From a virus (Duplodnaviria > Caudoviricetes), in the IMG/VR virus record IMGVR_UViG_3300038825_000529, positions 1,539 to 65,538 of that record: 64,000 nucleotides of DNA; one strand, given 5' to 3'. Numbering within the stretch: position 1 is the stretch's first letter; each line of letters starts with the position of its first letter. The notes under the pieces are model-generated. The model saw only the letters and a program-made list of their open reading frames with translations, was not told where the DNA came from and did no database searches. Position numbers and translations under genes: made by a program. Positions 54,720 to 64,000 of this stretch are shown piece by piece.

Positions 54720-55226
54720 ATGGCAAAATCAACCTTTTCGGGTCCTGTACAATCATTGGCAGGATTTATATCAGCAGGTAACGCTAACGTTGTTAGTTTA
54801 ACTGCAGACACATCCCTGACAGTGGCTGCCCACGCAGGAAAAATATTAACTTGTAACGACGCAGATGGTAAATTTACTTTACCTACTATCGTAGCTACTG
54901 CTCCAGGAAGAGACGATGATCCTAATCAAACAAATAATTTAGGTGCTTCATTCTTTTTCGTAGTAGAGACTGCTGCAACTGACATGGACATCTTAACAGA
55001 TGGTACAGATAAGTTTGTAGGTGGGCTTTATACTGGTGTAACAGACGCAACAGGTAAAACTTTTATTTCTGGTGCATCTAACGATGTTATCACTATGAAT
55101 GGTTCTACTAAAGGTGGACTTGCAGGTAGTATCGTTAAAGTAACTGCTATGGCAAGTGCTAAATACGCAGTAGAGGGAATTATTTTAGGGTCAGGAACTT
55201 TAGTTACACCATTTGCTGACGCTTAA
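54720..55226 (+). CDS. Virion structural protein (head fibre/decoration-like)
   Basis: MAKSTFSGPV start, HAGK and FTLP motifs. Confidence 0.7.
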   Translation: MAKSTFSGPVQSLAGFISAGNANVVSLTADTSLTVAAHAGKILTCNDADGKFTLPTIVATAPGRDDDPNQTNNLGASFFFVVETAATDMDILTDGTDKFVGGLYTGVTDATGKTFISGASNDVITMNGSTKGGLAGSIVKVTAMASAKYAVEGIILGSGTLVTPFADA

Positions 55227-55246
55227 TCTTAATATAGGAGATTAAT

Positions 55247-55573
55247 ATGAGTTCATCAGATGTAAAAGCGACCAAAGCTTTAACTTCAACAGGACAATTA
55301 CAAGGATTTATTGGTTCTGGTGCAGGTACTGCTACTAATTTAGGTCCCATAAGAATTCAGTCTGTTCAAGCACAATCAAGTGCAGCAGACGGTTCTATAA
55401 AAATCTATGACGGAACGAGTGCAAGTGCAACTAAGTTACTTATTGAATTTAAGTTCGGTTCAGCAGCAAATGAGGCTTTTGACCATTATTTGCCAAATGA
55501 CGGAGTAAAATTTAATACGGGGGCTTATGTTGTGTTGTCTAATTGCGACTTTTTTGTAGCATACTACAACTAA
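55247..55573 (+). CDS. Small beta-rich virion protein
   Basis: AGGAG RBS; LP.DGV.F..G.YV motif. Confidence 0.65.
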   Translation: MSSSDVKATKALTSTGQLQGFIGSGAGTATNLGPIRIQSVQAQSSAADGSIKIYDGTSASATKLLIEFKFGSAANEAFDHYLPNDGVKFNTGAYVVLSNCDFFVAYYN

Positions 55574-55574
55574 C

Positions 55575-56246
55575 ATGGCAACCTCGGGAACTCGTGCATT
55601 TAGTTTAGATGTAGCGACCGCAATCGAAGAGGCGTACGAACTTGCAGGATTAGAAGCTCGTACGTCATACGATGCTGTTACAGCACGTCGTTCTATGAAT
55701 ATCATGTTTGCCGATTGGTCAAACAGAGGTATTCAAATGTGGGAAGTAGCCAAAGAGGAGCTAACTCTTACAGAAGGCACTAATGAGTATACGATTAACT
55801 CATACGATATCGATGTTTTAGACGCTTATGTAGAACGAACAGTTAATACTGTAGTTACTGATTATCCTTTAGACAGAATAGATCGGAATGAGTATATAAG
55901 TATTCCTAACAAAGCTACTAAATCACGTTCTACAGAATTTTGGCTAGAACGTAAAAAGTCTCCTGTTATTCATCTTTATCCAACGCCCGAGAACTCAACG
56001 GACAAACTCATTTACTATGTCTGGCGTACGATAGAGGATGCTGCGGCTTCTACTAACGATGTAGATATACCTACACGGTTTATGCCTTGTTTAGTATCAG
56101 GACTAGCTTATTATTTGTGTATAAAGAAAAATGTTCAGAAACTTCCCGTGATCCAAGATTTATATGAAAGAGATTTAGCTAACGCTTTACGTTATGATGA
56201 AGACCGTTCTAATATTAGACTGGTTCCTAAACAAGAGTATATCTAA
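55575..56246 (+). CDS. Head-tail adaptor/connector protein
   Basis: MATSGT..F, IEEAYE, ARRS.N....W.NRG, Y..IPNK and RF.PCL..GLAYY motifs. Confidence 0.72.
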   Translation: MATSGTRAFSLDVATAIEEAYELAGLEARTSYDAVTARRSMNIMFADWSNRGIQMWEVAKEELTLTEGTNEYTINSYDIDVLDAYVERTVNTVVTDYPLDRIDRNEYISIPNKATKSRSTEFWLERKKSPVIHLYPTPENSTDKLIYYVWRTIEDAAASTNDVDIPTRFMPCLVSGLAYYLCIKKNVQKLPVIQDLYERDLANALRYDEDRSNIRLVPKQEYI

Positions 56247-56623
56247 TGGCTTACGCTTCAGGAAAATATGCTTACTTTATTTGCGATACTTGCGGGTTTA
56301 GATACCCATATAAAGAAGCTAGAGGCACTTGGGAAAACAATAGAGTTTGTCATGAGTGTTATGAACCTAAACACCCACAACTAGACCCACCAAGTATAGG
56401 AGCAGACGCAGAACTGCTTTGGAGACCCAGACCCGACGTTCCTTTACCTCAAGCAGGGTTAGGTGTTGTTACTACAATAGATCCTTCAACAGCAGTTATA
56501 AATAGCACAACAAGTCCTAGTGGAACTAGAACAATGACTGTTACAGATGATCCTATAGGTAGTGTGTTTGAAGGTGAGTTTGGAACAGGTGAAGTAGGTA
56601 CTTTAGAAGCAGGTGGAGACTAA
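56246..56623 (+). CDS. Small Cys-motif protein of the neck module
   Basis: YASGK.A..ICD.CGF.Y and VC.EC.EPKHPQ motifs. Confidence 0.68.
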   Translation: MAYASGKYAYFICDTCGFRYPYKEARGTWENNRVCHECYEPKHPQLDPPSIGADAELLWRPRPDVPLPQAGLGVVTTIDPSTAVINSTTSPSGTRTMTVTDDPIGSVFEGEFGTGEVGTLEAGGD

Positions 56624-57279
56624 TGGCAGGATTTACATACGCAACATTAAAAACAGCAATACAAGATTATTTAGATAATACAGAAACTACTTTTGTTAAT
56701 AACCTAAATACTTTTATACAAACAACAGAAGAAAGAATTTTAAAAGGAGTACAACTTCCTGTTTTTCGTAAAAACGTTACAGGTAGAGCTACACAAGGTA
56801 ATACTTATTTAGCTACGCCTTCAGATTTTCTATCTCCGTTTAGTTTGGCTTTGATCGATAGTTCAGGTAATTATAGCTATTTATTATTAAAACACGTTTC
56901 CTGGATTAGAGACTACACTCCTTCAGCAACTACAGAAGGATTGCCTTTATATTATTCTCAGTTTGATGACAATACTTTTTTACTAGCCCCCACACCTAAC
57001 GCTACATTAGATTTTGAACTTCATTACAACTATAGACCCGCATCTTTAACAAGTATGCAATCAAGCGAACAAACTTGGCTTTCCGATAATGCCCCTAATG
57101 CTATGTTATACGGAGCCTTAGTAGAAGGTGCAGTGTTTATGAAAGAAGCTCCTGATACTATTATGTTATACGAACAAAAATTTCAAGAAGCTTTAGCCTT
57201 ACTTAAAGTTCTTGGTGAATATAAAGACGTTAGAGATGAAGCTCGAAACGATCAACTTAAAATACAACCACAAGCATGA
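56623..57279 (+). CDS. Tail adaptor (tubular protein A-like)
   Basis: TY..LK.AIQDY, FI...EERI, P.DF, APTP and TWLS.NAP...LYG.L.E motifs. Confidence 0.72.
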   Translation: MAGFTYATLKTAIQDYLDNTETTFVNNLNTFIQTTEERILKGVQLPVFRKNVTGRATQGNTYLATPSDFLSPFSLALIDSSGNYSYLLLKHVSWIRDYTPSATTEGLPLYYSQFDDNTFLLAPTPNATLDFELHYNYRPASLTSMQSSEQTWLSDNAPNAMLYGALVEGAVFMKEAPDTIMLYEQKFQEALALLKVLGEYKDVRDEARNDQLKIQPQA

Positions 57280-58004
57280 AGGAACTAGAGGGTAAAAACG
57301 TTGCAATCGTTGCTATGGGGCAAAGCCAAATAGATTTTCACCTTTCGCAAACACATAGTGTAGAGTTTGATGAAGTTTGGGCTATAAACGCAATGATTGG
57401 TGTTTTACCCAATATTGATAAAGCTTTTATACTAGACCCGATGAGTCGGTTTTTAGATACCGAAGATGCAGGAAGTATGACTTCTATGATGAGGAAAAAA
57501 TTACCTAAATGTAATTTTCCTATTTACACCTGTGAATTAGATGATAGAGTTCCTGCCGCAGTTGAGTACCCTATAGAATTAATTGTACATGATTTAGGTT
57601 GTTCTTATTTTAATAATACTATTCCTTACGCTATAGCTTTTGCTTTATGGAGTAAGGTTGGTAAAATTTCTTTATTTGGAATAGATTTTACTTATAGAAG
57701 CAATATGCATTTTGCAGAAGCAGGTAGATCATGCACTGAGTTTTGGTTATCTAAATGTATTGATGCAGGAATGCAAATTGAAGTTGCTCCTAGATCAACT
57801 TTGTTAGACATGGATATTCCTTTACATGAGAAACTATACGGTTATCATAGACTTGATGATCCTAAGATTGTTTACCAAGACGGTAAAGACATGAGTGTTT
57901 GTAAACTATCTGAAGTACAGATGGAACCAGAAAACAAACCTGTAGGGATTATTAATAGACATGATTTAAAAGAATTAAATCCTGTAGAACCGAAAGAGTA
58001 TTAA
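57276..58004 (+). CDS. Glycosyltransferase-like Rossmannoid protein in the structural operon
   Basis: VAIVAMG, DEVWAIN, NTIPYAIAFA and ISLFGIDF pattern resembles sialyltransferase/Maf-type folds. Confidence 0.5.
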   Translation: MKELEGKNVAIVAMGQSQIDFHLSQTHSVEFDEVWAINAMIGVLPNIDKAFILDPMSRFLDTEDAGSMTSMMRKKLPKCNFPIYTCELDDRVPAAVEYPIELIVHDLGCSYFNNTIPYAIAFALWSKVGKISLFGIDFTYRSNMHFAEAGRSCTEFWLSKCIDAGMQIEVAPRSTLLDMDIPLHEKLYGYHRLDDPKIVYQDGKDMSVCKLSEVQMEPENKPVGIINRHDLKELNPVEPKEY

Positions 58005-58005
58005 T

Positions 58006-58296
58006 ATGTTTTCTTTAAGATCAGATTTAGAAGTAGGTAGTTTAGGCGTAACCACCACAGATAACAGAGGACTTAGTGTCGATGAAGTTTCTGAAATGGC
58101 GGTTAATAAAATAATTTCTGTGAGCGATACAGCTCCTGCACCCATAAGGGCACAAGCTCATGCATTTAGAGATGCGTGTAAAAAGATAGTTATGTATTAT
58201 ATGCAAGAGGCGATAAAAAACCATATGTGTACAATATGTAATCAATTAGAACAGCAAGGTCAAAAAGACTTAGCTAATATTATCAGGAGACTATAA
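58006..58296 (+). CDS. Hypothetical virion-region protein
   Basis: TT.NRG, KIISVS..AP.PIR.QAHAF motif. Confidence 0.65.
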   Translation: MFSLRSDLEVGSLGVTTTDNRGLSVDEVSEMAVNKIISVSDTAPAPIRAQAHAFRDACKKIVMYYMQEAIKNHMCTICNQLEQQGQKDLANIIRRL

Positions 58297-58727
58297 TGGC
58301 GATAACACAAGCAATGTGTACTAGCTTTAAAAAGGAACTATTAGAAGGGAAACATAATTTTCTTGCTTCTGGTGGTAATTCTTTCAAACTAGCTTTATAC
58401 ACAAGCTCAGCAACAATGAGTGCAGCAACAACTGCATTTACAACAACAAACCAAGCATCTGGAACAAATTATACTTCAGGTGGTGCGGCATTAACCAATG
58501 TTAATCCAACATCTTCAGGAACAACAGCGTTTACTGATTTTGCTGACTTAACTTTTGGTACAGCTACAATTACTGCAAGAGGATGTATGATTTATAATGA
58601 TACAGCTTCAGGCGATCCAGCAGTTGCTGTGTTTGATTTTGGCGGAGATAAAACATCTACAGCAGGTAGTTTTACTATAACATTTCCAACAGCCGACGCA
58701 TCAAACGCGATTATTAGAATAGCGTAA
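58296..58727 (+). CDS. Structural protein (tail/baseplate-like)
   Basis: MAITQAMCTSFKKELL, FKLALYTSSA and DFGGDKTST.G.FTI.FP motifs. Confidence 0.72.
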   Translation: MAITQAMCTSFKKELLEGKHNFLASGGNSFKLALYTSSATMSAATTAFTTTNQASGTNYTSGGAALTNVNPTSSGTTAFTDFADLTFGTATITARGCMIYNDTASGDPAVAVFDFGGDKTSTAGSFTITFPTADASNAIIRIA

Positions 58728-58735
58728 ATTAGCTT

Positions 58736-59371
58736 ATGGCTAGTATCACTGGCTGGGGCAGAGGCACTTGGGGCGAAGGAGCCTTCGGTGAACCTGCACC
58801 TGTTGCTCTTACAGGAGTTGCAGGTACTTCTGCGTTAGGCTCAGAAACAGTTACAGGTGATGCAAATATTACCGAAACAGGACTAGCGGGTACTTCTGCT
58901 TTAGGTTCTGTTACAGGTAAAGGTTCAGCACTTATTGCTGAAACAGGAGTTGCGGCTACAGGAGCAGTGGGCACAGCCACCGCTACAGGTGTTGCTCTTA
59001 CGGGGGTTACTGGAATATCAGGAACTTCTCAATTAGGAACTGAAACTGCAACAGGTACTGCAGAAGTTGTTATTAGTTCTGGCGTTGCTGGAACTAGTGC
59101 TTTAGGTAACGAAACCGTAACAGGTGTTGCTAACGTATCCCCCACTGGTTTAGCAGGTACTTCTGCATTAAATAGTGTATCAACAATTACAGATAACCGA
59201 TTTGGTATTACAGGACTTAGTGCAACGTCGGCATTAGGTGTTTTACAAGAAACAACAGGAGACGCTAATATCTATCCAACAACCGTTGTTGGAACAGGTG
59301 AAATTAATTTAGTTCTTATCTGGGGTGAAATAGTTCCAGGAGTAACGACTAACTGGCAAGAAGTTGCTTAA
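58736..59371 (+). CDS. Gly/Thr/Ala repeat structural protein
   Basis: WGRGTWG N-terminus; ~21-aa repeats TG(V/L)AGTSALG.ETVTG.A. Confidence 0.7.
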   Translation: MASITGWGRGTWGEGAFGEPAPVALTGVAGTSALGSETVTGDANITETGLAGTSALGSVTGKGSALIAETGVAATGAVGTATATGVALTGVTGISGTSQLGTETATGTAEVVISSGVAGTSALGNETVTGVANVSPTGLAGTSALNSVSTITDNRFGITGLSATSALGVLQETTGDANIYPTTVVGTGEINLVLIWGEIVPGVTTNWQEVA

Positions 59372-59420
59372 CATTTTGATAAAAACCATATACAATCAAG
59401 AAAGTACGGAGATATAAAAC

Positions 59421-60797
59421 ATGGCGAGTACATACGTAAACAACCTAAGACTTAATGAGATGGCTACTGGTGACGCCAGTGGAACTTGGGGAACAACAAC
59501 CAACACCAACCTCGAGCTTATCGGGGAGGCTTTAGGCTTTGGCACTGAAGCTATTACAACCAACGCAGATACACACACAACGACAGTAGCAGACGGAAGT
59601 TCTGATGCAGGTCGTTCGATGTATTTAAAATATACAGGCACATTAGATTCAGCTTGTACTATTACGATTGCTCCTAATACTATGAAGCGTATGCAGTTTA
59701 TAGAAAATGGAACAAGTGGTTCTCAAAACATTATTATTTCACAAGGCTCAGGAGCTAATATAACCATACCTCCAGGAGACACAAAAGCAGTTTATTTAGA
59801 CGGAGCTGGTTCTGGAGCAGCAGTTGTTGATGCTTTTGCCAGTCTTTCAGTCTTAGATTTAAAAGTACAAGATGATTTAACAGTAACAGATGATCTTATT
59901 GTTAATGGTGACATAGACCTAGAAGGTTCTATTGATGTTAATGGTACAGCTAACTTAGATGCTGTAGATATAGATGGTGCTGTAAATATGGCTTCTACGC
60001 TACAAGTAGATGGCAGTATAACTTCTTCTGATGGAGCAACTATTACTGTTAATGACAACAGCGAAGCTTTATCTTTAATATGTACGGATGCTGATGCTAG
60101 TGAAGGTCCGATTATGTCTTTTTATAGAAACTCGGCTAGTCCTGCTGATAATGACGTTTTAGCTCAGTTATATTTTCAAGGCGAAAATGATGCTGACCAA
60201 AAAGTAAATTATGGGGTTATAAAAGCTGCAATTCAAGATGCTTCTGATGGCACAGAAGATATGAAACTAAGTCATAAGACACTGGTTGCTGGAACTGAAA
60301 GAGAAAGAATGACACTTCTTGGAACAGAAACAGTATTTAATGAAGATTCTGTTGACTTAGATTTTCGTGTTGAATCAAATGGCAACGCTAATATGCTGTT
60401 TGTTAATGGCGGTACAGATAAAGTCGGTATCGGAACAGCATCACCAACAACTCAAATTACAGCATCTACTTCAGCAAACATTACACAAGTAGCATTAACC
60501 TCAAGCTCTAACGCAGTAGCTTGGGATGCAACAGCAGCAGCCAATGCCTATCATGCAACCACAGAAAATACGACTTTCTCAGCACCTAGTAATGCTGTAG
60601 AAGGTGCAATTATTTCTGTAGAGATAGCACAAGGTAGTACAGCTAGAACAGTTGCTTGGAATACAGTCTTTGAATTTGCAGCTAGTACAGCACCCACAGT
60701 TACTGCTACAGCTAACAAGACAGACATTTTTAGTTTTAGATACAATGGTTCTGTCTGGCAAGAAATTGGCAGAGTTCAAAACATGGCACAAACTTAA
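59421..60797 (+). CDS. Tail fibre protein
   Basis: MASTY...L..MATG..SGTWG..TNTNL anchor domain, DG..D repeats and DFRVES...KVGIGT fibre motif. Confidence 0.8.
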   Translation: MASTYVNNLRLNEMATGDASGTWGTTTNTNLELIGEALGFGTEAITTNADTHTTTVADGSSDAGRSMYLKYTGTLDSACTITIAPNTMKRMQFIENGTSGSQNIIISQGSGANITIPPGDTKAVYLDGAGSGAAVVDAFASLSVLDLKVQDDLTVTDDLIVNGDIDLEGSIDVNGTANLDAVDIDGAVNMASTLQVDGSITSSDGATITVNDNSEALSLICTDADASEGPIMSFYRNSASPADNDVLAQLYFQGENDADQKVNYGVIKAAIQDASDGTEDMKLSHKTLVAGTERERMTLLGTETVFNEDSVDLDFRVESNGNANMLFVNGGTDKVGIGTASPTTQITASTSANITQVALTSSSNAVAWDATAAANAYHATTENTTFSAPSNAVEGAIISVEIAQGSTARTVAWNTVFEFAASTAPTVTATANKTDIFSFRYNGSVWQEIGRVQNMAQT

Positions 60798-60803
60798 TAA
60801 TCT

Positions 60804-62231
60804 ATGGAAGTATTACAACGCACAGCTAATCGTGGAAGCATATCTACTGGTGAGTATGAGATTGCTAACTCTATAAAAATTGAACCCGCTAATGATGAAG
60901 GATTATATTTTACGCCATCATCAACAACTAACACCGATACTTTTACTTTTAGTTGTTGGTTTAAAAGAACAGAAATATCAAATCAAATTAATACTCTTTT
61001 TGGTTCTTATACTGATGCTAGTAATCATGCATTATTTAGATTTAAAACAGACGATACATTAGAGCTAAGATTTGTTACAACAGGAACTGGTAAAATTTTA
61101 GTAAGCAATATGGTATTTAGAGATACATCGGCTTGGTATCATATGGTATTGGCAGTTGATACAACCGATGGAACTACAGCAAATAGAGTTAAAGTTTATA
61201 TAAATGGAGAGCAAATAACATTAACAGGAGATTACCCAAATCAAAATCAAGATTGTATTGGTATTAATACAGCTAGTAAGGCAATGAATGTTGGATATTT
61301 AAGTAATGTTTCTAATCTAGAATTTGCAGGTTATATAGCCGAAGCTCATCATATAGATGGCTCTCAATTAGCATCAACAGACTTTGGTCAATATGACGGA
61401 GATAGTGGTATATGGAAGCCTAAAGCCTATACAGGCTCTTATGGTACTAATGGTTTTTATTTAGACTTTGAAGACAATACTTCAGCTGGAAAAGATACTA
61501 GTGGTAATAATAATAATTTTTCTGATGCAAATTTAAATGCAGCTGACCACGCAACTGACACACCGACTAATAATTTTTGTACAATTAATGCTTTAGTAGA
61601 CAACAACTTTTCTATATGGGCTTTAACAGAAGGTGGTACAAGAGGACCGAATACAGGTGAAAACAATGCATCTGTAGGTACTTTTGCTGTAAGTTCAGGC
61701 AAATGGTATTGGGAAGGTGTTACCACATCTTTTTCTGGTACTAACTATTGGAAATGGGGAGTAATCCGAGCAGATGTTCAACAAGGTAATAGTGCTGACC
61801 CAGCTTCAGATGCAGGTTCATCGTGGTATACAGGAGACAACGCTTTTTATACTCAAACATCAACCACCGCATCTTCGGTTGCTTATAACACAGGTTTTAC
61901 TGGTTATACTGCAGGAGATATTTGGAGCATTTCTTTAAACTGTGATGTTAGTCCTTATGAAATGACTATTCGCATTAATAATTCAGTACCAGGGACTTCT
62001 GCTAATAATACTGACAGGTCAGTTGGTACTTTTGCAAGTTCAGATTCAGTAGTGCCTTTTTATATGTTAGCAAATAGTGCTAGTGATAATACATGGCACA
62101 ATTTTGGTAATCCATTCATATCAAATTTAAGTGGTGGAAACTCTGATGCAAATGGTTATGGAGATTTTAAATACGCACCACCATCAGGCTACTACGCCTT
62201 ATGCACTAAAAACTTAGCGGAGTACGGATAA
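60804..62231 (+). CDS. LamG/concanavalin A plus SPRY lectin-domain tail protein (cassette B gene 1)
   Basis: FTFSCWFKR, FRDTSAWYH, YING, W.PK.YTGSYGTNGFYLDF, DTPTNNFCT, SGKWYWE and PPSGYYALC motifs. Confidence 0.8.
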   Translation: MEVLQRTANRGSISTGEYEIANSIKIEPANDEGLYFTPSSTTNTDTFTFSCWFKRTEISNQINTLFGSYTDASNHALFRFKTDDTLELRFVTTGTGKILVSNMVFRDTSAWYHMVLAVDTTDGTTANRVKVYINGEQITLTGDYPNQNQDCIGINTASKAMNVGYLSNVSNLEFAGYIAEAHHIDGSQLASTDFGQYDGDSGIWKPKAYTGSYGTNGFYLDFEDNTSAGKDTSGNNNNFSDANLNAADHATDTPTNNFCTINALVDNNFSIWALTEGGTRGPNTGENNASVGTFAVSSGKWYWEGVTTSFSGTNYWKWGVIRADVQQGNSADPASDAGSSWYTGDNAFYTQTSTTASSVAYNTGFTGYTAGDIWSISLNCDVSPYEMTIRINNSVPGTSANNTDRSVGTFASSDSVVPFYMLANSASDNTWHNFGNPFISNLSGGNSDANGYGDFKYAPPSGYYALCTKNLAEYG

Positions 62232-63292
62232 TGGCTTATACAAATATAGACGACCCATCTGCATATTTTCAAGTTGCTACTTATACTGGTAATGGCACTG
62301 ATAATACAGCCATTACTTATGATGGTAACAGCGATATGCAACCTGACTTTCTTTGGTTTAAGTTACGAAGCACTACAGGTAACCATGTTTTATTTGACAG
62401 CAATAGAGGAACTAGTAAATATGTAAGAAGTAATACTACTGCTGCTGAGACAACAAATGCTACGCTTTTAAAATCTTTTGATAGCGATGGTTTTACAGTT
62501 GGCACTGCTGGAAATACAAACTCAAACGGAAATACATTAGTTTCTTGGGGTTGGAAAGCTAATGGTGGTACGACTAGTACAAATACAGATGGTTCTATAA
62601 ATACGACAGTACAAGCTAATACTGATGCTGGATTTAGCATCGTTGGTTATACCTGCCCTGACCCTATCACTAATTTTACAATAGGGCATGGTTTGGGTGT
62701 AACTCCTGATGTGATTATTGTAAAAACTAGGGATGGTTCAAGAAACTGGGGTGTATATCATAAAAGTTTAACCGCACCTGCTGCAAATCGTAATTTAAAA
62801 TTAAATCTTACAAACGCAGAAGCAGCAGAAAGTACTTTTTGGGCTAATACAGCACCGACAAGTTCAGTTATAACAATTGCACAAAATGCTTCTGTAAATT
62901 TTCAAGGGCATAATTATATAGCCTACTGCTTCGCAGAAAAACAAGGCTACAGCAAATTTGGTAGTTATGTCGGCAATGGAAATGCAAATGGTCCATTTAT
63001 CTATACAGGCTTCAAACCTGCTTTTTTCTTACTTAAAAAAACAAGTGGTGCTGATGGGTGGAGATTATTTGATAACAAAAGAGCAGGATATAATGATGAT
63101 AATTATAGACTAGCTCCAGATGCTGCTGATGCAGAAGATACAGCAACAACTTATTTAGATATACTTTCAAATGGTGTAAAAATTAGAGGAACAGCAGGTT
63201 CTTTTAATCAATCGGGTGGAACATTCATCTACATGGCATTTGCAGAAAATCCATTCGTAACATCAACAGGAATCCCAACAACAGCGAGGTAA
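62231..63292 (+). CDS. Tail fibre/receptor-binding-associated protein (cassette B gene 2)
   Basis: Paralogue of 466..1536. Confidence 0.75.
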   Translation: MAYTNIDDPSAYFQVATYTGNGTDNTAITYDGNSDMQPDFLWFKLRSTTGNHVLFDSNRGTSKYVRSNTTAAETTNATLLKSFDSDGFTVGTAGNTNSNGNTLVSWGWKANGGTTSTNTDGSINTTVQANTDAGFSIVGYTCPDPITNFTIGHGLGVTPDVIIVKTRDGSRNWGVYHKSLTAPAANRNLKLNLTNAEAAESTFWANTAPTSSVITIAQNASVNFQGHNYIAYCFAEKQGYSKFGSYVGNGNANGPFIYTGFKPAFFLLKKTSGADGWRLFDNKRAGYNDDNYRLAPDAADAEDTATTYLDILSNGVKIRGTAGSFNQSGGTFIYMAFAENPFVTSTGIPTTAR

Positions 63293-63295
63293 ATT

Positions 63296-63910
63296 ATGTG
63301 GGCTTTAGTAGAATCAGATAACGTAACACAAGTCTTTACAAGACCTAAAGGTATAACCGTAGGAGAAGTTAATTACCCTAGCAATATCTTTATGCTTTGG
63401 ACAGCTTCAGAACTAGAAGCTATAGGGATTTATGAAATCGTTATCGACAACACAAACTTAAAAGATGAAAAGTATTACATCAACACCAATCAAAGCTTTG
63501 ACTTTGCAGATGGCGTTGTAACAGCTTCTTATGGTACAGCTACAGCTTTACCCTTAGACGATGTACTCTTTACAGCTCAAGATGAAACCGATGGTCTTGG
63601 TACAGAAGGTGATGTAAAGCAACCCGGTATCCGTCAAGGTCATATAGATACTATCAACGCACAAGCCGGTGGTATACTACAACCTACAGACTGGATGGTG
63701 GTTAGAGCTGCAGAAGGGGGTACAGCAGTACCTAGTTCTATTACAACTAAAAGAGCTGCAGTAAGAACTAAGGCTAACGCTATGTGTACACAGATAACTA
63801 ACGCTGCAGACGTAGATGCTTTGATAGCTTTATACGAGTACACAAATACTGGTACAGAATCAGACCCAGTATACACAAGACCTCTTGGCGAATTACCACA
63901 GGTAGACTAA
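63296..63910 (+). CDS. Tail fibre assembly/chaperone-like protein (cassette B gene 3)
   Basis: Paralogue of 1540..2115. Confidence 0.65.
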   Translation: MWALVESDNVTQVFTRPKGITVGEVNYPSNIFMLWTASELEAIGIYEIVIDNTNLKDEKYYINTNQSFDFADGVVTASYGTATALPLDDVLFTAQDETDGLGTEGDVKQPGIRQGHIDTINAQAGGILQPTDWMVVRAAEGGTAVPSSITTKRAAVRTKANAMCTQITNAADVDALIALYEYTNTGTESDPVYTRPLGELPQVD

Positions 63911-63917
63911 CGTGGAA

Positions 63918-64000
63918 ATGGTGTCACCTTACATTGTTTGGAATGTTCTCATAACTTTGGTACTTGCTCCAATCTGGTTTCAGATTAGACAAAACTCTTC
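63918..64000 (+). CDS. Small membrane protein (3' truncated)
   Basis: MVSPYIVWNVLITLVLAPIWFQIRQNS; hydrophobic helix running off the window. Confidence 0.5.
   Translation, partial: MVSPYIVWNVLITLVLAPIWFQIRQNS

Noticed and set aside
60804-63910. Diversity-generating retroelement, or assembly terminal redundancy, explaining the duplicated tail cassette
   Set aside because: No reverse transcriptase, differences are not adenine-specific, and the copies are diverged paralogues rather than identical overlaps.
1-64000. Prophage or lysogeny module
   Set aside because: No integrase, att-like flanks, repressor switch or host genes recognised; the window is phage-like end to end.

Overview
The window is almost a whole genome of an AT-rich tailed dsDNA phage. 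It has a podovirus-like virion module and probably infects a Gram-negative host, since it encodes a two-component spanin; a marine host is inferred from the gene families. It is circularly permuted: the tail-fibre region is split across the two window ends. Order: tail-fibre cassette copy A, tail/lysis genes, basic peptides, a secreted-protein operon and internal virion proteins (1-19.5 kb); a minus-strand SNF2 helicase; a 21.5-kb replication/early segment (primase, AlkB-like dioxygenase, UvrD helicase, DNA-modification cluster, PolA, resolvase, DUF932, many small promoter-driven ORFs); TerS and a repeat-rich putative genome-end region; then spanins, TerL, portal, GroES, scaffold, capsid, adaptors, tail fibre and cassette copy B. 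I recognised no integrase, RNA polymerase, tRNA, rRNA or CRISPR array. The most unusual signals are: (1) a ~200-bp degenerate inverted repeat with CTAATAG iterons bracketing the whole replication/early segment; (2) a thymidine-modification operon pairing a dUMP-hydroxymethylase-like enzyme and an aGPT-Pplase1 protein with a SAM methyltransferase but no recognisable kinase; (3) a promoter-driven ~290-nt structured RNA ending in a pseudoknot; (4) about 11 repeated promoter/stem-loop/RBS cassettes; (5) three diverged winged-helix-like paralogues, two with palindromic upstream sites. All family calls are from motif recognition by eye, not database searches.
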